The notes below the pieces were generated by a model. It searched no databases. It was not told where the DNA came from and saw nothing but the letters and a program-made list of their open reading frames with translations. Positions 27,975-42,100 of a DNA stretch of 64,000 bases are shown here, piece after piece. The DNA is taken from NCBI RefSeq assembly GCF_006345805.1, contig NC_043013.1, positions 40,920,001 through 40,984,000 on the forward strand, written 5' to 3'. The position numbers and the translations under genes were made by a program. The stretch's first letter is position 1. Each line of letters starts with the position of its first letter. The DNA is from Octopus sinensis. Taxonomy: Eukaryota.

Positions 27975-28917
27975 GTGATGTTATGTTGCTAACTTAATGT
28001 GGCAGTCCCATGAAAGGGAAGAATGCTACGACTATTTAGCCCTAGGAAACACCTTTCCAGTTGACCATGACACAAATGCAATATTTCTATTTTTGAAATC
28101 AGTGAATGTATTTCACTTGAAATATATATGCTTTCAAATGTGAATAAGCATCGACACCTAGCAAGCCATGCTACTCCAGACTGATGATGAGCAATGACTC
28201 TGAAACTAGTCTCTGAATGCTGACTTTGCTGGGTGGAGGTGCTTATCTCCCCCTTTGAAAACATAAGGACACAGAAAATGTGTCAAGGCCAACTGGAAAC
28301 GTAGTTTCCTAGGGCTAAATAGTAGTAGCATTTTTCCCTTTCCTGGAACTGTCACATTAAGTTGGCAACATTAAATCACCTTATCAAGCTGTTACTGTAT
28401 AAATCTCTCTTAGAGATTTAGAAATGCAATATCTATCTATCAATCTATCTATATATAAAGAGATAAGGCTGGTCTATTGGATTAACTTGCGTTTCACGTC
28501 CATAAAGCACTTAGCTTTATGGTAAACCCATTGATGGAAATCCAGAGTAATTCCATAGATCAGCCTTATTTATTTTTATACTATACTGTTCTATAACTTG
28601 GGGTGTGCTTCTTTTTGGGATTTATGATTTACTGGCAATACACACACACACACACATATATATATACATATATATACACACACATATATACATACATATA
28701 TATATATACACACACATATATATACACACATATATAATATATACACACACACTATATATATATACACACACATATATATATACACACACACTATATATAT
28801 ACACACACACATATATATATACACACACATATATATATACACACACACATATATATATACACACACACCACATATATATACACACACATATATATATACA
28901 CACACACATATATATAT

Positions 28918-28974
<57 letters not shown>

Positions 28975-30156
28975 TAAGTGGCTGTGTGATAAGTAACTTG
29001 TTTACCAACCACATGGTTCTGGGTTCAGTCCCACTGCATGGCACCTTGGGCAAGTGTCTTCTACTATAGCCTTGGGCTGACCAAAGCCTTGTGAGTGGAT
29101 TTGGTAGACGGAAACTGAAAGAAGCCTGTCGTATATATATATAATATATATATATATATGCGTGTGTGTGTGTTTGTGTGTCTGTGTTTGTCCCCCTATC
29201 ATTGCTTGACAACCGATGCTGGTGTGTTTATGTCCCCGTTATATAGCGGTTCAGCAAAAGATACCGATAGAATAAGTACTGGGCTTACAAAAGAATAAGT
29301 CCCGGGGTCGAGTTGCTCGATTAAAGGCGGTGCTCCAGCATGGCCACAGTCAAATGACTGAAACAAGTAAAGGAGTAAGAGTATATATATATACACACAC
29401 ACACACACATATATATATAATATATACACATATATATATAGAGAGAGAGTCAAGTGAATCAGGCACCTAAATGATAAGGCACTGGGTCAGGTTGAAAAGT
29501 AAAATGTGTACACTTTCATAGGTGCACATCCTGTTGGCTTTATCCTTCTGTTGTTATATATATAAATATATATATATATACAAGGACATGTCACAGTGTC
29601 AAAGGCAGAAATGTATTGTTGAGCCTTCAGTTAGTCAGCTAACCACCAATGCCAAGCTATTCAAGACACTGTCCTCCATGAACTACAACACACAATCAGC
29701 TATGACCCCGCCATAATTTAACTCCAGAATACCCAAACACGTGAAGATCCTGTTTTAAACAGTACAATAGCAACAATTCTATTCTAAACACTACTGCACA
29801 GAATTCCCCATGACTGGATTCTAAATAGAAAACATTTCCATACTTTGAAGTGTTTCTCAGCAGATGTGACACATAACAACAGTATTTCTGTTTCCATTCA
29901 GTGAAGGTCTATTGAGTTGCATAGTTAGTATATATATTATATTCTTTTATTTGTTTCAGTCATTTGACTGCAGACATGCTGGAGCACTGCTTTTAGTTGA
30001 ACCAATCACCCCCAGGACAAATTCTTTGTAAGCCTAGTACTTATTCTATTGGTCTCTTTTGCCAAACTGCTAAGTTACAGGGATGTAGACATGCCAACAT
30101 CAGTTGTCAAGTGATGGTGTGGGGGACAAACACAGACACACACATACTCCCCCCAC

Positions 30157-30188
<32 letters not shown>

Positions 30189-33100
30189 ACAGGCTTCTTT
30201 CAGTTTCCATCTACCAAATCCACTCACAAGGCTTTGGTCAGCCCAAGACTATAGTAGGAAACACTTGCCCAAGGTTCCACACAGTTGGACTGAACCCAGA
30301 ACCATGTGGTTGGTAAGCAAGCTACTTACCACATAACCACTCTTGTTCCTAGGCACATAACTGTCTTAAACATGGTAATAAATTCATCATTCTTAAATTA
30401 ATGCTCCCAGTATACATTTTTAGAAGGACAATATACACTATGCAAAACCTCTAGACCTCTATCCTAAACAGCAGTACCTGACCATCTCTCAATTTTATAT
30501 TTACAACTACATCATATAAACATCTCATAACCTTATATTAATCAACAACAACAACAGAAGCAAATGACATCTTTATAAGCAACTACAACAATAAAATCTA
30601 CCAACACCATATACTTACATTGGTTTTGCAGAAATAGATATTACCCAGATGCAGAACAGAAGCCAATATACTTTGGATAGTTTTCTTTTCTGTCCTGGAG
30701 AATCCCAAAACATCCATGGCTTCAGTAAGTGCACGGAAGTTCTCAGTATCATTTCGGCCTGGAATAGTACAGCTGTTACCCTGAAATAATAATAATAATA
30801 ATAATATATTTCTTTATTGGCCACAAGGTGCTAAACATAGAGGGGACAAACAAAGACAGACAAAGGGATTAAGTCGATTACATCAACCCCAGTGTTAACT
30901 GGTACTTTATTTATTGACCCTGAAAGGATGAAAGGCAAAAATCGACCTCGGCAGAATTTGAACTTAGAACGTAACGGCAGACGAAATACCACTAAGCCTT
31001 TCGCCCAACGCGCTAATGTTTCTGCCAGCTCGCCACCCTAATTTTAATAATCCTTTCTACTAAAGGCACAAGGCCTGAAATTTGGGGAAGGTGGACAGTC
31101 GATTATATCGATCTCAGTACTCAACTGGTACTTAATTTATCGACCCTGAAAGGATGAAAGGCAAAGTTGACCTAATGGAATTTGAACTTGGAATGCAGTG
31201 TTGGGCGAAATACCATGAAGCACTTCATTCAGCATCCTAATAATTCTGCCAGCTCACCACTTTAAAATGTACACCCAATGTGGGGACCAAACCCACAACC
31301 CCAATATTAAGAGTTCATGCCCTACCAACTGAGCTAGCTGGAATAATAATAATAATAATGATTTCAAATTTTTGCCACTAAGGCAGCTTGTCTCCAGCTG
31401 GCTATACGACACGATCTGTGTCCTTATATTTTCGAACAAGGAATCTAGCACCTCCACTCAGCCCAAAACAATATTAGTGTATCGTGATTTCCGGGTTGCT
31501 TCCCTTCATCAGCACAGAATATGTCTATTTTAAATAGTGGAGTTATGTAATTAAATGGGTTGTCATTTATTGACAAAATAGAAATTACAATCATGGTTAT
31601 GGGATAGACACCACTGTATGCAGTAGTTGATTGCAAAGTATATTATAAGATCAAAGAAGTTATTGAAGTGAATTAAATAAAAGAACTCATCAAAGGACAT
31701 TTTAAGGTTAAGCATAATTATTGAATTATCAATTAACAATGCAATATTAATTACAACTTAAAATTACAACTTGAATAAAAGTTAAAATCAATTTGAAAGA
31801 GATCAAAGACAGACGCATCAATATCATTACGGATGTCAAAAAGGTCTTTCTATTCTTAATATGTCGACTTTTGTCTACATCTTATAATATTGATATTTTC
31901 TGTTTCTTCTTCAAGTTCTTGGCTGTCATGGCCATCAGTTCACAAATAGTTATCTTTGATGATTGATGATGACTCATCTATATTATTTGATATTCCTATC
32001 TCCAGAAAATTATTTATCACAATCTCATTTGAAATACCCTCTGATCTGACACATTCTTCAACCATAATGTTACAAGAAACAAGCTTGGCTTCTTGAGGTC
32101 ATCACCTTTGATCAGTTCCTTCTGGCCAGAAGACTGCAGGGTCATCTACATCTGACATATCCTTTCTTCCAATGGTTTATCCCATTCAAAGACAGTTCAA
32201 AGATGTGAAGCTGCCTTGGGTTGTATTCAGTGATTTGACCTTCTCATTCACCATTTCTCTCTTGTGTGCATAGAAATATTCTCATACTAGGGGTGGTTTC
32301 TTCATTTGAAAGTGTCTTGGTTGTTTATTTTACACTTGTGAATCAAAACCCCAGGTAGCATTTTCTCTCCTTTTTGTTGATTTCCTTCCCTTAAAAATTA
32401 CAATTGGCAGAAGCTTAGTCTCATCTATATTAAACATAAGCACCACATTTAAATGTACCCCTTTGTGTCCTGTGGTCTTCACATCAACAGTTTTTCTCTC
32501 AAATAAACTATATTGCTTCTAAAGAGATAAAAAATATAGGAGTTTCATCCATATTTCTAACCTGTTGAAGTCGATAACTGTTTTCTTTGCTTCAAAATAA
32601 AGGCTGTGAAATGAATTTGTTAGTGTTATTAGTACTTATTAGTATCATTTAATTGTAATTTATGAGATATGTTAGTTTTTTGCTGCAGACCGAGCCCATG
32701 TCTTTCCATAAAATAATTAATTCATTCATTGGAAGCTTTCAATAATGGATTTGCAAACATCTTAGTAGCCTTCAAGCTTATCTGTAGCAGAGTATATAAC
32801 TTCTTTTAGCTGTTCTATATTACCATTCTTTTTCCATAGATATCAATAGAGTCTACTTTTTACTACAAGCTTTTTCTGTCTCTGGCATTTTCAGTAAGAA
32901 TTCTTACAGCATTCTTCCGTTGCTCACAGCTTTCTCTGATACAGAAAGCTCCCTCTCAGGAGCCCTGTAACCATCGACTTCTGTAAAGTCCACAGCTTCA
33001 AAACTGAAAGCAGCAATGTATGAAAATTTTCTCTTTACACCTGTAATAACAATTATAACAATGTTTGGCATGAAATATTTTCCCATGCTGGTGCCACATA

Positions 33101-36100
33101 TAAAGCAATGGTGTCGGTGCCACATAAAAAGCACTCAGTACACTCTGTGAAGTGGTTGGTGTTTGAAACCATGTTAAATCAAACACATGAAACCTGGTGC
33201 AGCTTGCCAGTTCCATTAAGTAATGATGAATATTGATTTAAATATTTCCTTAACACACTTACAACCTAACAGACAATCCCTAATAACATTCCTCTAACTT
33301 TTTATTTTTGATCTTGACTTTCACTCCTTCTCATCACTGTTAGCATTCTTCCTCAGCATTCACTCCTCACCCATAAAATTCATTGCTGTCGCACTGACAA
33401 GAATATGGAAGCAGGAAAATCAAATCTAGTGTTAGTTTGGAAGGCGGCAAGCTGGCAGAAATGTTAGCACGCCAGACAAAATGCTTTAGCAGTATTTCGT
33501 CTGTCTTTACGTTCTGAGTTCAAATTCTGCCAAGGTCGACTTTGCCTTTCATCCTTTCGGGGTCAATTAAATAAGTACCAGTTATGCACTGGGGTTGACG
33601 TAATTGACTTAACCCTTTTGTCTGTCCTTGTTTGTCCCCTCTATGTTTAACCCCTTGTGGGCAATAAAGAAATAAGAAACAACTCTTGTGTTAGTTTGGA
33701 GTGATGCAACTCTCTAGTGGTGAAAAGGTATAAAAGGTGCTTGGAACTGACATTGGGTGCCATCTTGAAGCGAGACTAACATGAACACAACATGGAAGCT
33801 CTAGTACGCAACCATTGTATCTAAATTCATTGAGAAATACAATTGAATAATTCTAGCCACTACCCTCTTCTTTGATGTTTGTAGTTCAGCCAGCAAGCGC
33901 AAAGGATCAAACGCTGAACAACATTTTCTGGTTTAGTTTTCAAACATTAAAAAATGCGGTTACTCAGTGTGACTATTTTCATTTGCAATAGATTATATAA
34001 CATTGGAATTTCCTGTACAAGTTTACTTAACCTCATACATTGGTCACATCTCTGATTTTTTAAAAACTGAAATTGTAAACGAAAGGAAGCAAAGTGAAAG
34101 AGTGCCTCATAAACAAATACAGTAACCTTGATACTCTGTCATCATATCATCATCGTTTAACACCTGTCTTTGATGCTGGCATGGGTTGGACAGACTGACA
34201 TGAGCTGGCAAGCCAGAGGGATGCACCAAGCTCCACTGTCTGCTTTGGCATGGTTTGTAATGGCTGGATGTCCTTCCTAACAACAGCCACCTTACAGAGT
34301 GGACTGGGTGCTTTTTACATGGCACCTCACGGTCTGCTTTGGCATGATTTTTTGTGACTGGATGCCCTTCATAATGCCAACTACACTATAGAGCAGGCTG
34401 GGAGCTTTTTATGTGGCACCAGCACTGGCAAGGCCCACTTGGCATGATTTTTATGGTTGGACGCTCTTCTTAATGCCAGCAACTTTACAGGAAAAGAGTC
34501 TTCTACAATACATTCCCACCATAAAAGTGAATTTTATACATGAGATCACATTGCGATATCACCATCTGTCACTTTTTGCAGGCTAATTATTGTTTGTTTG
34601 TGAGTCAAATTATTTCCATAATTAACTTTATAATTTCATGGCTACATTCACTTGGATTTAAAACTAGTGCAACAAATCATATATATACATATATTTTTTA
34701 AATATAATAATATAAATCCCTGAAGGAAATTAATCAAAGTTAGCTTTAGGCTAGATGGGACTGTGGTTGATATTAGTGGCCACGTTGTTTAGATCTAAGC
34801 TGGTTATGATGAAGCAGACACGTGATCAAAAATCATTCCAGCCATGATCATCCTGTCTTTATGTATATCAGGGACAACTGTTCAATGTACGATTGTTTAT
34901 TTCAGATGGTGTGGTGTAATTTGAGAGAGATTTGGCTGTTATTCCTAGCAGATGGACTGACCACATAGAAGCCTCCTATTAACCCAGTTGGTGGTGGTAG
35001 TGGCGGAGGTAATATTTTACTGTTTAGCCTCAAGTCAGTAGCAGGGATACAATCAAAGGTAGTCCAGCTGTGACCATCCCATCATTTTGTACATATTTAA
35101 GATGACACTGTCCAATATGTCCTTCTTACTTTAAGATGGTAGGGTGATTTGTTAGAATTTGGCAGTTGTTTCTGTAAGGCTAAACAACTGTATACGGGCT
35201 TCCGCAATAGGGGAGATGGTGGTGGTGATGGTGACAATATTTTACTGCTTAGCACTCCAACAGCCCTAATTAAACAAGCTTAAGATCAAAGGTGTTCAAG
35301 CTATGACCACCTTTTATTCAGTCACACTTGTTCTAGCTGTGACCCTAGCATCATTACCTTCAGATATAATGTATCAAGGACTACATTATTCAATATTACC
35401 TTATTTTTATCTTTTTCTTAAATGTTGTGTGCAATTTGAGGGAGTTTAGCTGCTATTTCCAGCAGGTATAACGACTGTGCAGGGGCTTTCATTTTAGCTT
35501 TTATGGTTCTTAAAGGTGGTGGTGGCAGCAGTAGTGGTGATAGTGATGGTAGTTGTAGAGGTGGTGGTGAGCACGATGATGGTAGTAGGAGTCAACCCTC
35601 ATCAAACAGACCTCAGATCAAAAGCATTCCAATTGTGACCATCTCATCTTTATTCAGAGATACTCTCATTCTATGTATACTTCCTTTATTCAATACTTGG
35701 AGATTTGGCTGCTAATTTAAGCATGCAACGAACCTGCATAGACAATCCTTTGTTAGCCCTGATGGTACAGAAATGTTGGTGCTATCTCTGTGAATGGAAC
35801 CTAGGATATTATCCTATAAGTCCATATATACCCCCATCACTCATCTCATATCCTACCCATGTCATTATCCTGTCCTTTCCATATTATAAGCACTCAGAGA
35901 CTACCTCCTACTTCCCCTCACAATCTCTCTCGCATTCTCTCTAATATTCCCTTTTACTCTGTCACTCTCCATCCAAACTACCCTCTACTCCCTCTCAGTA
36001 TAACTCATTCTCACCAATGTTCCTTCACCTCCTCCACCCCCCCTGTTCTCACTCTAATATCCTCTCTTCCACAAGATTCAAATCCGCCACCCCCCACCCC

Positions 36101-39100
36101 CGCACCATCCAACAACAGTATAGCTATCAGGTGGTATATTTACCTGGTTCAGGTAGAAGTACTGGGGAGCATCTTGGAGTCCGTATTCTTTCTTTTCCTC
36201 AAGAGTCATAGCAGACAACATCTCATAGAAGACATGGTAGTTCCTTTCATCATCCGGCTGTAAAGAGACAAACATGACACCAATGAGTGGCCACCCCTGC
36301 TCATACTCTCCACCTTGCAGAGATGAGAGTGAACACTCATCATCCAGCATTCTCACACTCAACACATTGAAACAAAAATAATTTTGACTCAATATGTGGT
36401 ACAGTATAGTGAGGTACAATCAGGTGTGGTGTTGTGATACAGGAAACAGTGCAGTGTAGTGTGAAACAGGGTACCATGTGGTGTAGGATAGTGTAGTGCT
36501 GTACTGCACTGCATTGTAAGGTAGTGCTATGTGGTGTGTGTGTGTGATACAGGATGCAATGTGGCATAGTGTAGTGTAAGGTGGTATGATGCTGTGCAGT
36601 ATGGTGTGCTACAAAGTGCTACAAAGTGATACAAGGTACAGTGTGGTGTAGGATTGTGTAGTGCAGCACTGCACAGTGTACTGCAGTGTAAAGTAGTGCT
36701 ATGCTGCAGTATAGTACAGGGTGTGGTGTGGTACGTTGGTATGTAATGTGGTACAAGCTGCAGTTTGGTGTAGTACAGTGTAAAGGGATGTGTTGCTGTG
36801 CAGCATGATGTGATAAAAATGCAGTGCAGTGTGATACAAGGTGCCATGTGGTATAGGCTAGTATAGTGTTACACTGTGCAGTGTGATGCATTGTGAGGTG
36901 ATGGTATGTGGTGTGATACAAGGTGCAGTGTGGTGCTGTTCAGTTGTAGTATAGTACAGGGTGCAGTGTGGTGCATGACACTGTAGTGTTGCACTATGTA
37001 GCATGCTGGAACCTTCCTCATCATAACCGATGGAGTGCCAGTATAGAGAGGTATGTTTTGAAGTTGTATGCTACTATGCATTATAATAGACACAGGCATT
37101 TCAAAATCACATGGTTTAGGGTTGGATTCCACTTCATGGTACCTTGGGCAAATTGCTGTGGGTTGACCAACACCTTGTGTAAAATCAGGAAGCTGGAAGA
37201 TGTACAAAAGCCCCGTGTGTGTGTGTGTGTGTGTGTTGTGTGTGTGTGTGTATGTGTGTGTTTGTGTTCTCATTACATTGCTTATGCAACAGGGCTCTTA
37301 GTTTACAATCTCCCATAAACATTACATCAGCTCAATGGTTCAATATACAAAGACCAGTGGAATGAAAAGTACCTTACTTGAAAAAACAAAAAATATTTCA
37401 TGACAACAAAGGCATCTGGCCACAGAATTTAATAAGTCTCATCCAACCCATGCTAGCACAGAAAAATCAGATGTTAAAAATGAAATGAAACAATATAATA
37501 TGCTGTATTATGAGAGAGTGAGGGTTCACATGATCACCAGAACAAGATATGATAAAGTACAACACTCACCTGCTTAACGATACGGGACCTCTCAAGGAGA
37601 TATTCTGCTGTGCGGGCACCACAGATGGAGCCACTAAAAGACAAAATAAAACAATGACAATATAGTATACAGTATATTCATTAAAGAGATGACCCACTTT
37701 AGTTAATTAAACAATCAAATTTAAATATAATTAATATATTGGTTTCAAATTTTGACATAAGGCCAGCAAATTTGGAGGAGGGAGCCAGTTGAATACATTG
37801 CCCCCAGTATCTAACTGGTACTTATTTTATTAACTCCAAAAGGATGAAAGGCAAAGTTAACCTCAGTGGAATTTGAACTCGGAACATAAAGTGGGATGGA
37901 CATTAAGCTGCTAAGCGTTTTGCCCAGCGTGCTAACAATTCAGCCAGCTTGCTACCTTAAATATAAATAACATGTTAATGTTAATTATACTCTTTTACTT
38001 GTTTTAGTCATTTGACTGCGGCCGCGCTGGAGCACTGCCTTTAGTCGAGTAAATCGACCCCAGGACTTATTCTTTGGAAACCTAGTACTTATTCTATCAG
38101 CCTCTTTTGCGAAACCGCTAAGTTACAGTGATGTAAATACACCAGCATCGGCTGTCAAGCGATGTTGGGGGAACAAACACAGACACACAAACATATACAC
38201 ACACATACATATATACATACATATATATACATATATACGATGAGCTTCTTTCAGTTTCCATCTACCAAATCCACTCACAAGGTTTTGGTTGGCCCAAGGC
38301 TTTAGTAGAAGACACTTACCTAAGGTGCCATGCAGTGGGACTGAACCCGAAACTATGTGGTTCATAAGCAAGTTACTTACCACACATCCACTCCTGTGCC
38401 TTTTGTTAACATTATTAATATATTAACAATCAATTTGAACATGTGTAGGTGGGTTAATGGTGGGAAGCAAAATTATGGAACATAGTTGGCAGGTAAATAT
38501 AATACCTGGAAGGAAGAGAGGCATTTCGTCTGTGAATAATAATTTATAACTAGCCTTTGAAACACACTGCATTAAATATGCTAGCACTAACTTGGCTGGG
38601 TTTTTTTGCCTTATAGATAGCATTTCTAAATTATTTATTCTCTAAAATATGCTAATTTTCAATACCAACCACTCTACAATGTTGTACATCTACCTAATGA
38701 GTCTCTACTTCAGTATGTACATTGAAGTTACATTTTTCATTGTAGACATCTAATGAACTATGTCTAGAGTTATCTCCCATCTTTCCGACTAGAATAATGA
38801 CTAGAAATGTTAATACCATGTGAATAAGCTGAAAAAGAAAAAAAAAAAAAATCAAAAGCAGGTACATTCTATTCAATTTTCCCATATTCGTAATTTCATA
38901 TTCAAACTTCTAGTCCGATCAGACATTATGAAGAAATAATTATCTCCCTTGTACTAACTGTCCACTAGGTGACTTCACGTGTTTAGAATACCGATTTCTA
39001 ATTTTGGTACAAGGCCAGCAATTTTACGGGTTGTGGTAAGTCCATTGCATCAACCTCAGTGTTCAACTGGTACTTATCTTAACGACCCTGAAACGATCAA

Positions 39101-42100
39101 AGGCAATGTCAGCCTCAGTGAAATTTGAACTCAGAACATAAAGACAAATGAAATGCTGCCAAGCATTTTCCCTGGCATATTAACGGTTCTGCTGGCTTAG
39201 TAATTAACAAATATTGTCTTTTCTTCCCAACAAATGCAATTATTTCTAATTAAACTTAATGCTCAGTGCACTAAATATTTTAACACTAACTTAGTTATTA
39301 GAATTAATAGTTGAATTAGAAGAATGAGGTACTTTAATTGAAAAATATCAAAACAACAAAATAAAAGAAGGAATAAGGGTGCTATCAGGAAGAGCATTCA
39401 ACCATAGAATATTACCTCAGAAATTTTTGTCCAAACCATGCAAGCAAGGAAGAAGCAGACTCAAAGATGATGAAGAATAAATGAGATAAATGTAAAGTCT
39501 TTAGATGGAGTCATAATGGCCCAGTGGTTAGGGCAGCAGATTCGTGGTTGGAGGATCGCAGTTTCGATTCCCAGATCGGGCGTTGTTTGTGTTTATTGAG
39601 CGAAAACACCTAAAGTTCCACGAGGCTCCAGCAGGGGGTGATGGCGACCCCTGTTGTACTCTCTCACCCCAACATTCTCTCACTCTTTCTTCCTGTTTCT
39701 TGAGTAATGCTGCGATGGACTGGCGTCCCGTCCAGCTGGGGGAACACATACGCCACAGAAACTGGGAAACCGGGCCCATGAGCCTGGCTAGGCTTGAAAA
39801 GGGCGCATAAATAAATAAAAATATAAGTCTTTAGACAATTTAAAAAATTGCATATTAATATGTTATTATTAAAGTTTTATTAATGTTATGTTTTTATGTT
39901 TCAGACAACAATATTGTCGACATCCTGTATATTTAAAGCAATGAATTTAAAAAGTTAATAAAAAAATTATTATTTATTGGGGAAAAGACAGTCTTAATTA
40001 ATGATTAAAAATATTATTAGTAAACAATATGTAATGAAAGCTGAAAGACCCTTTTTATCAAAGATATCAAGAGATACAGAGTAAAACAACAGTCTACATG
40101 ACCCTTTTAGCAAACTTAGCTTTCCTCCTCCTACTACGGATCACACCAACTCCCCCTGTTTCCCATGCCACACTGACTGCTTCTGCATTGACAACATGAT
40201 TATCCTCCCACCACCACCAATCATACCCACCATGCCTCTCTTCACCCTCCTCTCTCTACCCTAACTTACTCCTGATCTCATTCATTTTAATCCCATTAAA
40301 GAAAAAGTGATCTCATTCTTAAATCTTTATTCACAAACAATTTAAGATGACTGGTTAAAACTACTACTACAGCTACAAAGGTCTACGCACCTTTGAATGA
40401 GCTTAACTTTGTAGAATTGAAACTGGCCATATCTGGTCAAAATAGTCTCCCAGTTTTCTGCTCAAATGGACAGATCTGGCACCTTTCCCTACAATGTCAT
40501 TCAGAAAATACACCATCACATCATCGAAATCTTGGTTGTGAAATATTGCAGGACTAATCCAAAACAATGTGATTATAGGTGTAGGAGTGGCTGTGTGGTA
40601 AGTAGCTTGTTTACCAACCGCATGGTTCCGGGTTCAGTTCCACTGCGTGGCAGCTTGGGCAAGTGTCCGATGCTGGTGTGTTTACATCCCCGTAACCTAG
40701 TGGTTCGGCAAAAGAGACTCATAGAATAAGTACTAGGCTTACAAAGAATAAATCCTGGGGTCGATTTGCTCGACTAAAGGCAGTGCTCCACCATGGCCAC
40801 AGTCAAATGACTGAAACAAGTAAAAGGGTAAAGAGAGAGGGAGAGTAATTAATCGCACATAAATTTTAACAAACTTATATGAAACCCCATGGGTCAAATG
40901 GACCCCCATGGATCATATGGACCCCAGTTGAGGATAAACAGTAACAACAACAATAACAACAGCAAATATAAAGCAAAAATAATTAAATACAAGCAGACTA
41001 ACCTTTGGAAGAAAAGTTCTATATATTTCCCAAATCGGCTGGAGTTATCATTACGTATGGTCTTGGCATTGCCGAAGGATTCAAGGAGTGGGTTTCCTTC
41101 CAAAATCTGTTCAGTGATCAGGTTGTCGTTATTGCGATTGACAAGTGCAACATACTGCATGATGAGTTTGCAGCTCTCGGTCTTCCCAGAACCACTTTCA
41201 CCACTGGAGGAGAGAAGATAAATCAAAATGTAATTTATAACAGAGAGAATATAAATATTTTTGCCAAAGACTCCAAAATCAAAAAGAAAAGTTAATTTTT
41301 CTATGGAAGAGAAAGTAATTTAGATGGTACAATATATTAACTACCAGCTCCTGCAGAGGGCTAATTGGGTCTGCAGCCCCAAACTAAACAGAGCTAAATA
41401 GCATGACTATAACATGTCTATAATGACTATATGCCCCCGGTGATCTTTGACCAGAGGTTAAGGACGGATAAGAATTAATTCTGTAATGCAATGATTCTAT
41501 TGTTCCAATCCCAAGTTGAATTCCAACTGTTGGCCAATTTGTCCCAAAGTTCTTATCTCAATGTAAAATTAACAAAGCGAATGCCTTTTATCTCCCCCTT
41601 GATCTCTGACATCATCTGACAAACACCAACCAAGATGGCATGAATCAGCCAGGTTTTACTTGCTAGAAATAGTAACCCAAATACCTTTAAATCAGATCCC
41701 AATACTGGATGTTCAAGAACTGAATGAAGGGCAAATTTCCAATCTCAGAAACATCCTGATACTGAAAAAGTATAATATGTCTATGCAGAGCAAATTTAGA
41801 CTAAGACAGGGGCCCCAGACGGACAGACAGAATTTCGCTTTTATTATTATAGATTAGGCCTATCTGGTGTGTTAGTTTATACCTTACTGCATACAAATAT
41901 AGGTATGGCTAGGTGGTCAAGAGGTCTGTTTCACAATTGTGTAGTTTCAGGTTCAGCACCAAAATCAATTGTCTTCTACTGAAGCCTCAGATTGACCAAT
42001 ATCTTAGAAGTGGATATTGATAGGTGAAGACAGAATGGAAGACTTATGTGTGCATTGATATATGTGTGTGTGTGCGTGCGTTGACATGTGTGTGTTGATT

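Noticed and set aside
41390-41854. Possible Helitron-type element (minus-strand start ATCTATAATAATAAAAG...CTGTCTGTCC)
   Set aside because: Only the 5' motif is suggestive; no 3' hairpin/CTRR end could be placed
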